A stretch of DNA of 64,000 bases from Takakia lepidozioides (Eukaryota; Plantae; Bryophyta): NCBI GenBank assembly GCA_030704615.1, contig CM060733.1, positions 34,906,001 to 34,970,000 on the forward strand, given 5' to 3'. Every line of letters begins with the position of its first letter. Within the stretch, counting starts at the first letter, position 1. The notes under the pieces are model-generated. The model was not told the origin of the DNA. It searched no databases and was given only the letters and a program-made list of their open reading frames with translations. Shown here piece by piece: positions 31,401-45,562 of this stretch. The translations under genes were made by a program, and so were the position numbers.

Positions 31401-33674
31401 TTATTGGGCAAGCTCTATCCGGATGGATTGGATGATGATGGTATCATCCCTATCCTTGTTTCTGGGCACAAGACTGACCAGAATGCTAGGCTCCTTTTCA
31501 AGGCCAAGCTGCTTCAGCTTTGAGCTGATGCCTACCCTGAAGGAATGATCGTGGCTAGGAATCTGTTCTAGGATTGTCTATAGAATGCGGCCCCTGCATA
31601 TTCTGTACAACTCCAGGGTGTATGCTCATCCGCCTCGGGCAAATTCAAAAACAAGACAAACCCTACTGGTTTATTTGATGGTATCCTTATACCTTCAATG
31701 GCCAGGACCTCTTCTTGATATCCTGGCTCCTCTTGTTGCAATTCAAACGCTCCAGGCTCCCTGGTTTGGAGGATAATGGGGACAGGCCTTGAGATGTGAG
31801 CCTGGAAAACTGCACCAATAAGAGTAATGTTTGTAACATGCAACATTTCTGGTCCTCGTGTGGCAATCAAATCACAACTCTTGCTTGTTCGCTCTGTCTG
31901 CCATGAAGGCACGATAAACCTTGCAAGGTGCTCAAAAGGGTAGAATTGAACCAGAGCCAGTCATTCTCTACGTCTTCGTACTTGTAGCGAAATTTTTCCA
32001 TATCAAGAGAGTCTGCTACCTGTACAAATCAGCAAGTGTCTCACTGTTACTTGAACTTCAAATTTGGACCAAAGTTGTTCGTACTTTGTAAACGTAGGAT
32101 GCACGTATTAACCAGTACTGGCATTAACCGTTCTAGAGAGGGAAGTCGAGATGGGGAAGGCGAGATATGTCCACAAGTGGATAGAGGCATGGGGGTGTTT
32201 CTCGAAGGCGGTTGGAACATTGGGAGGGGCGTCGTCGCCGCGGTAAGGCACCAAAAGAAACAGGGACGGGGTGGGAGAGGCGCTCACAATACTGGTGTAT
32301 AGAACGTTTCTATTTGCCGCCCGCTGCTCCTCCGGGCTGATGACTACGGCCGGCGGGCCGAAAGGCCAGAAGGTGAGGTCGACAAGGGCAGGGGGCTGGT
32401 GGGCTGGGCTGCGTTTTTCGTCGAATAGCCCGACGTTTCGGCGGTCGACGTATGGAGGGGAGCACGTTGCAGGGCGTGTGGACGTCGGCCTGGTTGTCCC
32501 ACTGCCAGAAGGGCAGCGCGTCGCCCAACAGCGATGCGAGTATTCGCTCGTGAAAATAGACGTACCAGCGATGGAAGGGCATGCACAGCCAATTTGAGTG
32601 CGCACGTCAATGATCGCCGTGGAGTTCGCTTGACTGCGATAACAAGGAGTCGGATCCAGTGTTAGCTCATTGAAAGTTTCAGTCTCAACAAGTCGTGGCT
32701 AGCTAACTGATCTTTCGGAGAGGGATGCATAGCACAAGTCTTCTTGATGCATGTGAGCTAGTTATAGTTACTGGTATTCCACCAACTATGTGATGGGTGT
32801 CCTGATAAGGAGAAAACCATGAATATTTTGAAGCCGAGAATCACATGTCTTGTTTAAGTAGCATGCGGAGGTGTATCAGTGATCAAGTGAGACAGAAATC
32901 AGACGTGAGACGAAGAAGGAAAGCCCATGGGGACGAGTATATGTTCTACATGTATTTGAATCAAATCATACTCTCAACGAAACAGCCAGATGTTGTCGAA
33001 TGAGATTTTAAGGAGATGAAACTAGAATGCCAGGAGGATACGGCAACAACACATAGAGATAGCGGTCTTTAGACTTCCAAATCCTTTCCCATTACGTACT
33101 CTGTAATGCGATTTCACAAGATCAACCTATTCAGGACATTGCGCCAAACAAGAGGATTATAGAAGAGTGGGACTCAACACCTGAAAATGACTGTCAGGGT
33201 CGAGAGGACTCACTCAGAGAAAGTTGAAACGCGTTCAATAAATTGAGGGAGAGCAACTACTGCCAGGGCGAGGTTTTAAGAATGATTGCCTGTATACTTG
33301 GGAACAATAGGCACAGGACTGACGAAGGAACGATCGGCGGTCATCATCTGGAAGCGCTTTCATCAGTTCGTATGCTCGATTGAGCCTCTCTATGTACGCC
33401 TGATCCACGTTGTCTGTGGATCGCCTCACGCGAATAGGCAAGTCCGTGTTGAATCGGAAGCTGATTTCGGGTCTCTTGGGGGACAGAAGCAGCAGTCTAG
33501 TGGACGATCGTTGTCCATTATAGGTTTGCACCTGGTCAAGTCTGGGCCTAGTACCGGAGCGGCATGCACAGTGTGTATCTTCCTACTACACCACGCGATA
33601 GACACTAGCATAATCGCCCACAACAACTTCTCTGTGCCCCATCCACATCCTGGATGCAGTCCTTCCCTACCCAT
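31401..33674 (-). pseudogene. Polyphenol oxidase pseudogene, a duplicate of the gene at 10617-13427
   Basis: Near-collinear with the first PPO (MGREGLHPGC..., APVLGPDLTRC, identical long stretches in exon 2, RIELAQ* end). It has frameshifts in exons 1, 2 and 4, has lost the His of HCAYC, and lacks the CuB exon (RDPIF..HHANVD). Confidence 0.9.
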
Positions 33675-36036
33675 AGTTGTTGCCCTCGAATCCAGAGACT
33701 AACTGAGATATCAGCTGGACTCTGTGAGAGAAATGCCTTGAACTTGTACTTCGGATTCTCCTTGAAGGTGCAAAATTTGGAGACGTCTAGCTATCCAGTG
33801 CAAACAGCTCAGGAAACAGCAACTGCTCCGATTGTGCGATGTACCATAAGAGAGCCCCGGTAGATGATGATGACCACTGGAGTTTCCAGAGCCGTGTTTA
33901 CAATGTGTGTGGGCTGATACACTGACTTGGGAGGAGCTCGTGTTACTCGTTTTGCTGCTTTTCTGGACATTACTCAGGATGCCTGCAGTACTGGCTGAAG
34001 CTAAACGGCTGCAGACACTCATGTTTTAATTTTCTAGACCAGCACTAGGCCAGCTCCACCCTTCCGTTTCATGGAGCTACATGTATTTAGAACTGAGATG
34101 TCAGTCCATCTTAACTCTCCCTCGAACTCTGTGGACCCCAGCACTACAGTACCCAGCCATTGGATAACCCACTGTCAGCCAGCAAGAGCACTACACTAGG
34201 CCCAAAAATGGGCCCCACATTCAATAGTGGCGTTTTGTTGGATCTTGTCTGATGGCCGTGAAAATTGGCAGGTGCATGCAGGAGGCAGATGGCCAGGTCA
34301 CTGATGTGCGGTCAGGTTATTATGCAGCATGGCTTTCCAAGAGAGTGGACAATGGGCATCCATCATCCACCCCCTCTTCTGATGAGCTCGCACGCACCAA
34401 CTATGTATCCCACAATCATCGTTACTGCCTAAACTGTTTTGGGGCAGTAGTGGGCCATGGAACTGGATGATTGGGCTGAAACCTCTCACATGCTTGTGCT
34501 ACGGTATTGGGCAAGTAGGCTTCCATCGCAATCGATCCACATGACTATGGTAGAACGCTCAATCTATGACCAAAAATAATGTATTTGTTTGCTTCATCGA
34601 CTTGCTCCTCGATACCTTCTTCTGGGCTCCACAGGATGGAGCCCCTTTGGACATCATATATGCCATCTTATGTGAGATGTGTGTGTGTGTCTGTAACTGA
34701 GAGAGAGAGGGGGAGAGAGAAAAAGAGAGGGCACGCGTGTGTGTGGGTCAGACGTGTTTGTTTGCAGTTGATTGCAGGGAGGGGAGCACCAACTTTGCAA
34801 AGCAACCTCATCTTTACCTGCAGATTGTTCCTTCATCAGGTCCGTTCATTTGCAGCTGAATGCTACAGAGCTTACACATCACTCTATGCATACTGTCACA
34901 TTCGATTTCCACCGTCTCTTGGCCTCTGGAGAGTTGGTACTAATCGAGAGGGATGGAAAAGGATAGTTGATAACTAGCAGTTTGAATAGCTTAGTTTAGC
35001 TTGCTTCTCTTTCCTCCCTTCTTTGTCCTTTCCCAGGTTTTGGGATTTTTCTATCCTATGTTCAAATACCTCATGTTTTCTGTAAATAAAGCTGTACAGG
35101 ATTTCATCAGTTGATGAGACTGTCAATTGACAACATCATGGTTTTAGTGTCATTTTCAGCTGGGACTGTTACCTTGGAGTACTGACAGACATAGGTCATC
35201 GAGGATGGGAAGATGTGAAATGTGGACCCTCGGCTGAGCAATGAATACTGGCCCAAGTATTGAAATGTTTTAATAGTATCTGTCAGTAGGAAGTAAGTGC
35301 ACTCAGTCTGCAAAGATTTACGTAATTCAGTCTGGGAAATTGTTGTCAGCTAAATTGTATCCTGGACCTAAGCATAGGAGCAGCAATCCATGCTTCCATG
35401 ACGTCTGAATTTTCTTTCCTTCAATTCTTAGATCCCTACACTGCTTGGTTTGCGTTTTGGAGTTCGAACCATTGGTTGACGTAGGGGATGCGTCCCGGAC
35501 TCGGATAGTCTTTGTTTTGATTACGAGGACCACAGATCCTTGGCTATCTGCATGAGGGTTTGCATCTAGAGAATCTCTAATAGTTGTTTCTTGGGCTGCC
35601 TGCTTGGTCCAGTGAATGTTGTAAAGTTTCTTCCTTTCTTTCTTTCTTTCTTTGCACTCATCTTGTTATCCTATGCAGGATATAAACAGATCATCCGCTT
35701 AGTGTCCTTACTGACTTGCCAGTAATCTGCGGGTATAACATTTGCATGTACCTGCTGTGTTACCCACCTGCTGTGTTACCCAATGCTAGCAGTAACTGTG
35801 TGCAACATTCTGGATGGATATGGGAACAAACAATCAATCTTGTACCTAAGCAGCCTTGAAAATTGAAATTTGTAACACAAGTACATGTTCATTGACTTCA
35901 GAGTTCTCGGGTAGATAGGTTTCTGTGGCATTTCCTTTGCATTGTTGACTCTGCCAGACAGAGGTTGTTTTCCAATTTTGACTTGCAATCCTGACCATGT
36001 TTATGATTGTTTCCCTGGCTTTCAGTGAAACACTCA

Positions 36037-38905
36037 ATGGCAGAATCAACTAAAACCGCCAACAGGAGCATGGAGGTGAGCACTCCGCATCCTCTTGCAG
36101 GTGTGCAAAAAGGCTGGAACCCTGTGACAATGGGCTTCGTGGCATCCATGGCACTGAAGGCAGCAGTACTGCTTGGCATTCCAGACATCATAGGCAAAGC
36201 TGGCCCTGGGGCAACCCTATCTCTTGAAGATATTGCTGCACAGCTCCCAAGTGAATCTGTCAACACTAAACCCCTTCGTCTTATCATGGAAGAATTGGTG
36301 GTACACGGTGTTTTCAGCGCGACGCGACTTACATCAGAGTCTGGGAAGGTGTCGGTTCTGTATGGGCTGACAAATGCATCAAAATTGCTTGTAACGGAGA
36401 ATAGTGATACCTCTGAAGCTCCACGAGTCATCATGCACATGCACAAGGCTACCCAAGCGGCTTGGCACCACCTTCATGAGTCTGTTCTGTATGGGAAACA
36501 GCCATTCAAGGCAGCCCATGAGGGAAAGGTGAGCCTGTTCTTCTTCAAACTATGCAGTGGAACCTGAGGTTTCAGTTTTCTATTTGGCAGAATCAGGCTT
36601 ATCAGGCTTCATATTTTTCTTCAGATTTGGATGATTCAAGACCCTTTCTGGGGAGTGAGAAAAAAAATTGATCTGAATGCCTGTGTGCACTGCAGCTTGA
36701 TGTCTCAATCACCATACAAAAGCTCTTTTGAATCACAAATGCAGAAAGTAAACCATGGCTAGCGGCATCTGTGTTTGTGTTTGTTTGTGGATGTCCATGG
36801 CTTCATTTCTCTATCTTGTACAAATGGCCATTGCTACTGAATGCAGCCTAGTAATGCACTTATAGTGTGTTATAGTACTCAATCAGGAGATATCCGAATG
36901 TCCTTTCCCACAATTCCACTCCCCTAGCAGAGCTTTGACTTCCAGTGCTGAGTACAAAGTGGAAATGGATCCTGTGCTTGTGTGTTTCATGTTATGTATG
37001 TTCCTTTAACAACCCCTTGTTGCAATTATTGGTGGCAGAATATGTGGGAGTACGCAGGTGAGAACCCTGAATTCAACAAGGTTTTTAATGATGGCATGAC
37101 ATCCTTCTCTGTAATGGTGGCAAACCTTATTGCAAGAAATTACCATGGGTTCACGGATGTCAAGACTCTAGTTGATGTTGGTGGAGGATCTGGCATGACC
37201 ATTGGAATCATTGTTGCTGCAAATCCTCATGTTCATGGCATCAACTTTGATCTACCCCATGTTGTGGCTTTGGCACCCAGCATTCCTGGTAAGAGCTTCT
37301 TCTCCTGTGTCTCTGCACTAGTTGGGAAGGTCTTGTTCATCAACAGAAGGGAGTGTCAAGTGATATTTTGGGGGCGAGTATTTTGTGCAATCAGCCAATT
37401 TAGGGGTGAGGTTGAAGACTAAAACACTGTTCACATTGGCAAAAAGAGTTGGTGAAGATCTTTCTCTGATGGGCAGAGGACTGAGACTGAGATGAAGGTC
37501 GTTACGGCTGTTGGAATAATAGCTGTGCCATGTAACATCATTACCATTTTGATCTTCATTCATGAATGGCTGTGAAATTGACCTTCGCTACAATCTGTCA
37601 TCACATGGAGTGAAAAATGGTAGTACAAAGTATGATTGCTTGCAAAGAGTTAGTGGTGGTTGGGATTGTGAACATGGACTGTACTTTCTCAGGTGTGGAA
37701 CACGTCCAAGGAAGCATGTTTGAGAGCGTGCCAAGTGGTGATGCCATCTTCATGAAGGTCTGAGAAATCTGAACTGAGCCATTTCTATATAAGCTGACAG
37801 TCTGTCTTGCTAGAATGACAGATGAATGGTGCCAGCACACGAGAAAGAGTCAGTTGGTGTCAATCAAATCAATATATTCCTTTATTCACATGACAAAGAG
37901 CCAGGGCAGCTCATTTCTTGGCTTGCCAAGGTTGTCATTCAGGTTTTTAGTTCTCACAGTATGATCCAGGGCGTTTGCCCATTCCCTCCCCAGAAGAAAA
38001 AGTAAAAAGAAGGATTTATGGCAGCATGAAATTGAAGAGCATCTTCGAAAAAGATAAGGCTAGCAAACCTTCACCCCGCTGAGCCAAATTTAATTAGATA
38101 ACTACATCAGAAATTTACATTTACCTGCAAACATAAACTGGGGAAGTACTTATGTGGACTCTGTAGGAGATAGAAGGATATTTGTGGTACACGTGTGTGA
38201 GAGCGAGAGGAAGAAATGAAGAAAAAAGAGAGAGAATTCAATGGGAGGCCAAAGACGGATTTTTCGGTTAGCCTTCAGGCCAGATGATTCTAGCGTTGTG
38301 GGATATGGCCAAAAATTGCCATGGTGGTCAGGACAGGTTCAGGGTTTACGAGGATGCATATTGAGTGTTTTGGTAATTAAATATATAAAATTTGTATGGT
38401 TTAATTCCTAGTGTAGTCCTCTAGATTAACACAGATGTGACATGCTTGCTTGAATGTTGCACTGCCAGTGACATTCGAGAAGAAATGAAATGTCTACTTC
38501 ATAACGTCTGCATGGAAAGCTCAAAGAGCTTAGAGAGAGGGTGATGTGTCTAATTTTCATATCTCCTGAAGGGTTGTGGGTTGTGTTGAAACCTGTGTGC
38601 AGCGTATCTTGCACGACTGGGACGACGAGAACTGTATCAAGATCTTGCGTAACTGCCAAAAGGCATTGCCAGAAAATGGAAAAGTTATAATCTGTGATGC
38701 AGTTTTACCACCAGAGGCAGATTATGACAGCCAATTCGCCCCTTTAGCACTGATAATGGAACTAGTCATGCTTGTGCATACTGAAGGAGGGGAGAGAACA
38801 GAGGAGCAGTGGCGCCAACTGGTAGCTGCAGCTGGTTTCTCAAAGATCAACTTTGTTCCACTCCCAGATCCGAGGCACTCGATTATCGAGGCTCTTAAGT
38901 GCTGA
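36037..38905 (+). CDS. Class II (COMT-like) SAM-dependent O-methyltransferase, 4 exons, intact
   Basis: Exons 36037-36528, 37039-37288, 37693-37757 and 38603-38905. Dimerisation domain SMALKAAVLLGIPDII. SAM motifs LVDVGGGSG, GINFDLPHV, GVEHVQGSMFESVPSGDAIFMK. Catalytic ILHDW and GGERTE. Confidence 0.94.
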
Positions 38906-39279
38906 TTCCCGTATACTTCTGATGAAAGTTTAGTGATCATGTTGACGAAAAGGACAAAGAATTGCACAGAGTCCTACACAGCAATGAGCCCCAGTTATGC
39001 CAATTCGACCACTGATTGGGATGGGGTTGGTAAGCTTGCATGGTACAAAGGCAGTTTGTGGAGGGGGTGTCTCCTTCCAATTGTGCATGTCCATGAAGCA
39101 TGTATGCAAACCAGTGTGGTTGCACCATGGTGTTTACTTACTGCTGAATATATAATTATCTCAACTTCAAATTTAGCGGGGTGTTTACAGCTGCTTCCAC
39201 CAAGATATTTCATGACTAGAACCCATGTGCTTAACACATCATGAATCAACTATTCACTTGAAAAATATTTATTGACAAA

Positions 39280-42200
39280 TGCAGGCATCGTAGAGCAGTG
39301 CTCTCTTAGAGCAGGCAGTCTGTATCTCTTTGACTGTCACTCTGCCTTTCTTTGTGCCGCTCTTGTCTATGGAGATCTCTCCTATACATATACTTCTGGA
39401 CAGCACACCCTCTCAGTCATCTCTTGGCCTCCAAGTCGCTTCATCGACTTCATCGCTTCCTAGGCCAGCAGTGCCCTTTCGTTGCTTTGCCACACTCTTG
39501 ACCACTGACGCTCAAAATAACTTCCATGACATGCCATGGAGGCTGGGACACTGCCCCCTAACCGGAGCGTCAAAAGGTAGGTCCTAACTCCTAACAGATA
39601 AGTAGAGAGAAGCAAGGGGTACATGAGAATGGGCAAAACCTAAAGATTGCCCTTCTACGTCTGGAGGGCTGCAAGGAAAGCGCCTTGAATTTCCTTTACG
39701 GAGGCCACGCTTGTGTCCCCAGTCACATCCGATTCTTCCCCATCCACAGGTGAGAGGTGAAGGGTCAGTGCTACTGGAACTGCCAGCCCGTCGGGAGGGT
39801 GTCGTTCCAATCAACAGTGGCATCTGAGGTTCTGCAGCAGAGGAGCATCCATATATTCTAACAAAAGGGGGAAGGCGTATTATCTCACAGGGTCATTTGC
39901 CCCAATTGCTACAGCCCTGTATTGGACCATTTGTACTGTCTGGTATTTCATTTTTCTGCTGTTTTTCCTTGGAGGACATCCCCAGAATGCTCAGTGCACT
40001 TGCTGAGGAGGGGTCTGGAAATCAGGGAAGAAAGGTGCGTCTGACTAAAAACAATTGAACCATATACAGTGTAACCTGTCTATATCAATTGAGGCTAGAA
40101 ATTTGTCATCTATACCGTTCTTTCAATGGCCATTTCGCCCTTAGGATGTGCCTAGCATGATTTACCAGGAAGCTGTAATTGTTGTTTCTTCTGTTACAGG
40201 GTACAAGGCCAAGCCAATTGAGCCAGGCAGATGACAGCCCCTCTGTGTCCTTGAAGGAAAGCCATCAAGAAGATGATGTTGAAGTTGTGGAAGGAAGAAA
40301 GTACGCCCACACACTGAAACTGGTGAGGAAGGCAGTGCATGAGGTGCAACTGGTGTTACTGGATGGGTAGTAGAGAGAGAGGGCACAGCTTCAGGCTGCT
40401 GGGGCACTCTTGACTCAGGCTGAATATTAGGATGTTGTGACAGAGAGAAGCATAATAAAGCTTTGTGGATTTCCAGTGTGTCGCAATCGGCTCCCAACTG
40501 AGAATGCTTGCAGGGGGCGTTACCGGATCTCACTCAGCTCATAAAGTATGATATTGCAGGAGGAGCAGTTAGTTTTTGGTTTCCAGCTGCCTGATTGCTA
40601 GCAAAACATTTGCTGGAACTTTGGCTGTTCACCAGGATTCTGGGCTGTCAGGCAAAAACTGGTCAACATCCTGGGTTCAGTGCGAGGTTTGGCTGTTAGT
40701 GTGCCACTTGTGAAAGATTTGACAGACTCAGTGGCTTCAACCACAGATTCTCTTGGCCATTCAGAATATCATCTCAAAGAGATTCAAGAACTATGAACAT
40801 GACCTGTAAGCAGTTTGTCTGTTCTTATGCAGTGGCAAGGGCAGGCATCTCAATCCTTTCGACTTCTCATAATGTGAAGTCTGCAACATCAGCCAGGTTG
40901 ACTGATGAGAAAATTGCTATGGTGCAAGAATTAAAGAAAGTAAACTGGCCCATAGAAAAAGTGTCAAGCACAAAAGGGTGCAATGGCGATGTGAGATGGC
41001 CACAGGTCAGACCTGATGATGACGAACATGATGATGACGAAGATTTAGAAACCTTGGATGCTCAAGAAGGCTGGTACGATGCTCATCCTAAAGGCTTTAA
41101 CACAGAGGTGAGTGTTTGCCTTTTCCTATGTCTGTTAGACCCTCTATGTATCCTTATTTGTGCTTCTGAGCTTCGATCTTTAGTCATTGGTATAGCTTCT
41201 GTTTCTGGTTCCCTGCCCCCACTTCTTTCTCTCTCCCCCTCTATCTTGCCTCCACTTCTCATTTTATAATAGAACCGGTAAGGTAGAGGATGAGTTAGGT
41301 AGTTGTCCCTCGATTGTCTTCAAGGTCTAGCCTAAATTGAGTCTAATTGCGAAGCATCTCCACTGACTCTTATCTGAATCCTTGTGGTGTTATTAATGGT
41401 GCTCCCGGAGGCATCACTGAGGTGGTTGGAATCAAAATTGGGGCATTGTCTATTTGAACAGTTATCAGCATTCGGAACAATGTGGTCAGGTTTGGAGGGC
41501 TGGATTTCAGCGGCCACCATTGCGCACATCTATAGGAAAGAGCCCCATGAAGAGGATGATTTTGTTTCAACCAATGGGTGGGAGTACAGCCTGCAAGTTG
41601 TTATTGGTGATGGGGTCTCATCTGAAATTTTGCGCACATTCTCTCTTTGTGTTTCACGGGCACTGCCGGAACTGGTCCGGGTGCTACGGCTTTCCATTTC
41701 AATGTCAACATTGGAACAGTCTCTGGTAGTCTACGCGGCCTGGATCTCTGGTTGATGCTTTTGTTGTTATCTTCTCCTGAATTACTCGTACAATTCATAA
41801 CAAATGAAGGGTTGATCAGTTTTTGCCATGTTTGGAATCAGGGTTACATTATGTCTCTCAGTGTTGGGGTTCCCTCCATTACAGTGAGCCTTGTAGTGGC
41901 CCACCTTCTGCCGTTTTCTTACTCTCTGGCCCCTCTCTATGCCCTTTCGACTCTGTCCAAAGGTATCAGGTCCATTGTGGCAAGGCCATCACAAGTACAA
42001 TGTATTGATTACATCTCTTGTCAGTACCTGAGCCGATTCGCTATGGTTTCCTCTGCAGGGTCAACTGGTGAGAACAATGAGCTTTGTGGACGCCTTGCCA
42101 CCCTTTGGAGTGAAGCAGTGGTGCATCGTAGCACTACTCTTTTTGGATGCCCTCTCTGTGCAACGATTGCCGTCCCTTGGAGCCCACCTGTCCAACAGCC

Positions 42201-42575
42201 GGGCCTTGTTCCGTAGGGTAATGTCAACTGCTCAACTCAAATCCAAGTTTGTAGTATGATCTTTACTCACTGTACGTCTTACCAGATATCAGTCATAGTT
42301 TATGTGTATAATGGTGCTTGTGGCATGGTAATCAAGTTGGTTCAGCTTGTGGTGTTGTCTGTTTGGAGCAATAGATTCGACGAAGTTATGGAGTGGGATG
42401 TAAGGCTCAGTGCATGTCGAATTGGCTTGCGCAGATCGTTAACTGGATGGAGACTATGACTGGTGGGGCAATGATGGCAGGTACTGGATTCAACAGGAAC
42501 AAGTGAGGCAGAGTATGATGCCTACGGCTTTTCGCTGCTTCCTTCGGGACGATTGCCAAACATTTGTGACAATTG
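39280..42575 (+). pseudogene. RPAP2/Rtr1-like (RNA polymerase II CTD phosphatase homolog) remnant, C-terminal exons recognisable
   Basis: Segments GWYDAHPKGFNTE, LSAFGTMWSGLEGWISAATIAHIY, VIGDGVSSEILRTFSLCVSRALPELV and TMSFVDALPPFGVKQWCIVALLFLDALSV resemble plant RPAP2 C-termini from memory. The N-terminal zinc finger is not clearly intact and the 5' boundary is uncertain. Confidence 0.62.
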
Positions 42576-43451
42576 AGTGGTGGCTGACATGATGGATCCT
42601 AGGGGTTCCTTTCTTCAGATTCTTTTGAATATGTCAAATCTCACCAGGGGAATCTGACACTCAGGTTATATCTTGGGCGTCTATCCTTAATGAGCACTTG
42701 CTAGGGCTTGGAGGGGGATCTCAACTTGAGAAGCACAAATCTCCTAAACTTCATTGCATCAGATCAAAGCTCAGTAAAGCAACCATCATGGGAAGGGAGA
42801 GATGCACATATCGATTCCAATCTTTAACATGCCGAGTGGAAATGGTGTGGACAGTTATAGCTGTAAATTGTGAGTCCCAGTTCCACAAGTGACACTGTAG
42901 AAATGGTCTGAAAAGGTCACTTCACTTTTACATTGACATTTGGCATGTGTACTGCCCATTCACTACCAATGCCCATGAGTTTAAAACACCAGTTTAGCTG
43001 CTGCTAACAAGACCCAAATGGATGAGTCGTAATCCACTGGCCGTTCTTTTGCATTCCTTCAAATAGTTGCAAGACCTATGACAACCATGCTGGACTCATC
43101 CTGGAATCATCACATTGTCATTCACGACACCACATTTCGTTCAGCCATATTGTCAAATACTCCCTTCACATCCTCAATGCACCCACGTTCCAGATACATG
43201 CCCCCCATGGCTAGAATGACAATTGGTACAATTGGTACAATTCCAGCTTTGATGATGTCACGGTGAAAAAAAAGAAGCAGGAGGAATATTTGCCTATCCT
43301 CTCAAGTGCTCTTCAAAATGACAAGGGGGCAAAGCAAGAGGAGCGTGCATGCATGCGAGAGGAGGATCTCAACAAGCGAACTGACAGAAAATCATACACG
43401 CGTATGGCAATCAGACCGCTTTCCACATCTACATACACCAGAGTACATCAG

Positions 43452-43728
43452 CTGCCTGACACAAGGTCAGGCCGCCGCTTTATACAAACCCTAGCTGCAT
43501 GCCTTCCTGACACATGGTGAGGCATGTCAGGCTAGCCCGCGGCGCCACATCAAAACCCTAGATCTATTGAACGGCCATGATGCAGCCACAAGCCATAACT
43601 AACCCTGGCTATGATATCTGCGTAACGGTTCAACGATATTTTAAGCTAAAAAATTATACTACGAATGAGTATCGCCGCTTTGGATGATTAAGGTAAATCT
43701 TTGATGAGGAAAGTTTGGGGCATCACAT
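43452..43728. repeat. Dispersed ~277 bp repeat, copy 1 (direct copy at 55766-56042); reads TGTGATGCCCC on the minus strand like an LTR start
   Basis: Alignable by eye from CTGCCTGACACAAGGTCAGG to GGGGCATCACAT in both copies. Confidence 0.85.
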
Positions 43729-44013
43729 TTGTGAAGCCTAACCCCCACGAAAAATCCTGAGCTCCGCGAAGTACAATATAAGAAATAATAAGTAAATGTT
43801 TGGGATAAAATCACCCTCCACTGCTGGGTAAAAGACCTACAAAAGGAAAACCTGGCACCTGCAAATTGGGCTGGGGACAAAACCTTTGGCTAGGAAAACC
43901 GTGCAAGACTACACGTGGTGACATATCATAGGTCTACAAATGCATCAAGAGCTAGAATAAAAGGCCAGAAAGGCCGAAAAGCCGCAAAGTGCCAAATCCG
44001 CAAGCTAACACTA

Positions 44014-44368
44014 TGTCAAGTTAAATAAACACAGTGTGAAACTAACTAGAATAAATCTAGTTATTTGTATTTAACACTTGGAATTAGTTCAAGTGTTAAG
44101 TCAGGTGTCAAAGTTTAGCTTGACACTTGAACCATCTTATCTTCACGAGCTCGTCAGTCGTGCGGCTTATCTCTCTCGAGTTGAGCCCGCACGATCGAGC
44201 TCCCTCGCTGCTTAGCATCAGAGTGTACTTATGGAGGGAGAGTAGGATGTTGTGGGGTGGAGTCCCCATAGCTTGGGGTGCCCCTGGCTCGACTCTTATT
44301 TTAACGAGTGATTGTATTGTATTTCGTGTTTTTGTGTCAAGAGACAGTGTGAGTTTAGTTTTCATTTC
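44014..44368 (+). repeat. ~355 bp repeat starting TGTCAAG, probably the 5' part of an LTR (inverted copies at 47853-48207 and 60007-60305)
   Basis: All three copies share the same TGTCAAG/CTTGACA terminus and high identity. The ORF track shows the same spurious peptide (PQAMGTPPHNILLS..HKYT) three times. Confidence 0.88.
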
Positions 44369-45562
44369 ACTCGAGAGAGATGAGCTTGCATCGTCAGTGT
44401 TAGATGTGAGTTTTTAGTTAGCACTAGTATACTTATTTTTGTTTCAAAGCTTGTTTGAGAGCAGGTGAAGTGGAGAATTATGTAATCTATATATATATCT
44501 GTCGAGAATAGAATGCTTTGCTTTGTACAAGGTTGTTGGAAGGGGCTGAACTGAGAAGCCTATATTGTTGAAAGAAGATATTGCTTCCCATAATATAGGT
44601 TAACGGGTGCATTGCCGGACACTGAGGTCGAGCAGGTTCAATCTTCACCATGGGGGCCGGTCCAAGTACTAGTGGCATCTGAAATCACCGAGTCGAGCAC
44701 AAGTAGAAGCATGTATTGGGCTAGTGAGGCCATGAGAATGTAGAGCAGGCGGTGACAGTGTGGGGAACTGCTACCTGGGCATTGTGCTAGATTGCACGTC
44801 ACTAGCCAATGCGTGCAGATGTCGATTGTACTTATTGGTGATGTAATGAGTCGTCTCTTGAGCAATATCATTTCACTGGGACGTCTCTATCACTGCGATT
44901 TTCTTGTGGAAACAGGGCAGAGCTTTGTATTATTCTGATTTTCACTGCATCGGGTGTATCATTCGGGGAAGCTGGAAGATTCCCGCCCTTCCTCATGCCT
45001 GCTAGGCTCAGGGTGGAAGGTTCAAACTACTGCGGGCTGCTGGAGAGCTAGTAGGAGGTCTGCCACCTATCAGCCTCTGTCGGCTGCTGCTGGTCACATT
45101 GGGTTTTATTTATTTTATTGTCTTAAAAAACTTTCCAGCTTGCGGATCTTTTGCATCAACATGAGGGATGCAGAAGACGATTGTCTAAGCAACATTCCAG
45201 ACAAAGGAAGCTGCGACATCAGCTATTGAAGAAATCAGAGCGAAGTATAAAACCCATTGATTCATGTACCTGGTAGCCAGGTGTTTGCAGCCTGAAAAGT
45301 GGTCGGCCACCTTTGGACTGGTGATTTGCGTGGACCTGTATGAGACCCCATGAGACCGCCTGCTTTGATACTCTGCATAGAAAAGGGTCTTGAATGCAAA
45401 GGTACCCGACCAAGGAAGCCAGCCAGTTGGGTTAACAACTGCTCCCAAATGTACCATGTGAGAATACAATTTCCAACGTTGGGAACTGGTCTGAATTCTT
45501 TGTGAGTTGGGTTGTTCCACCAAAGGTGAAGTTGCCTCGGATATTCGGCAGGTGAGACCAGT

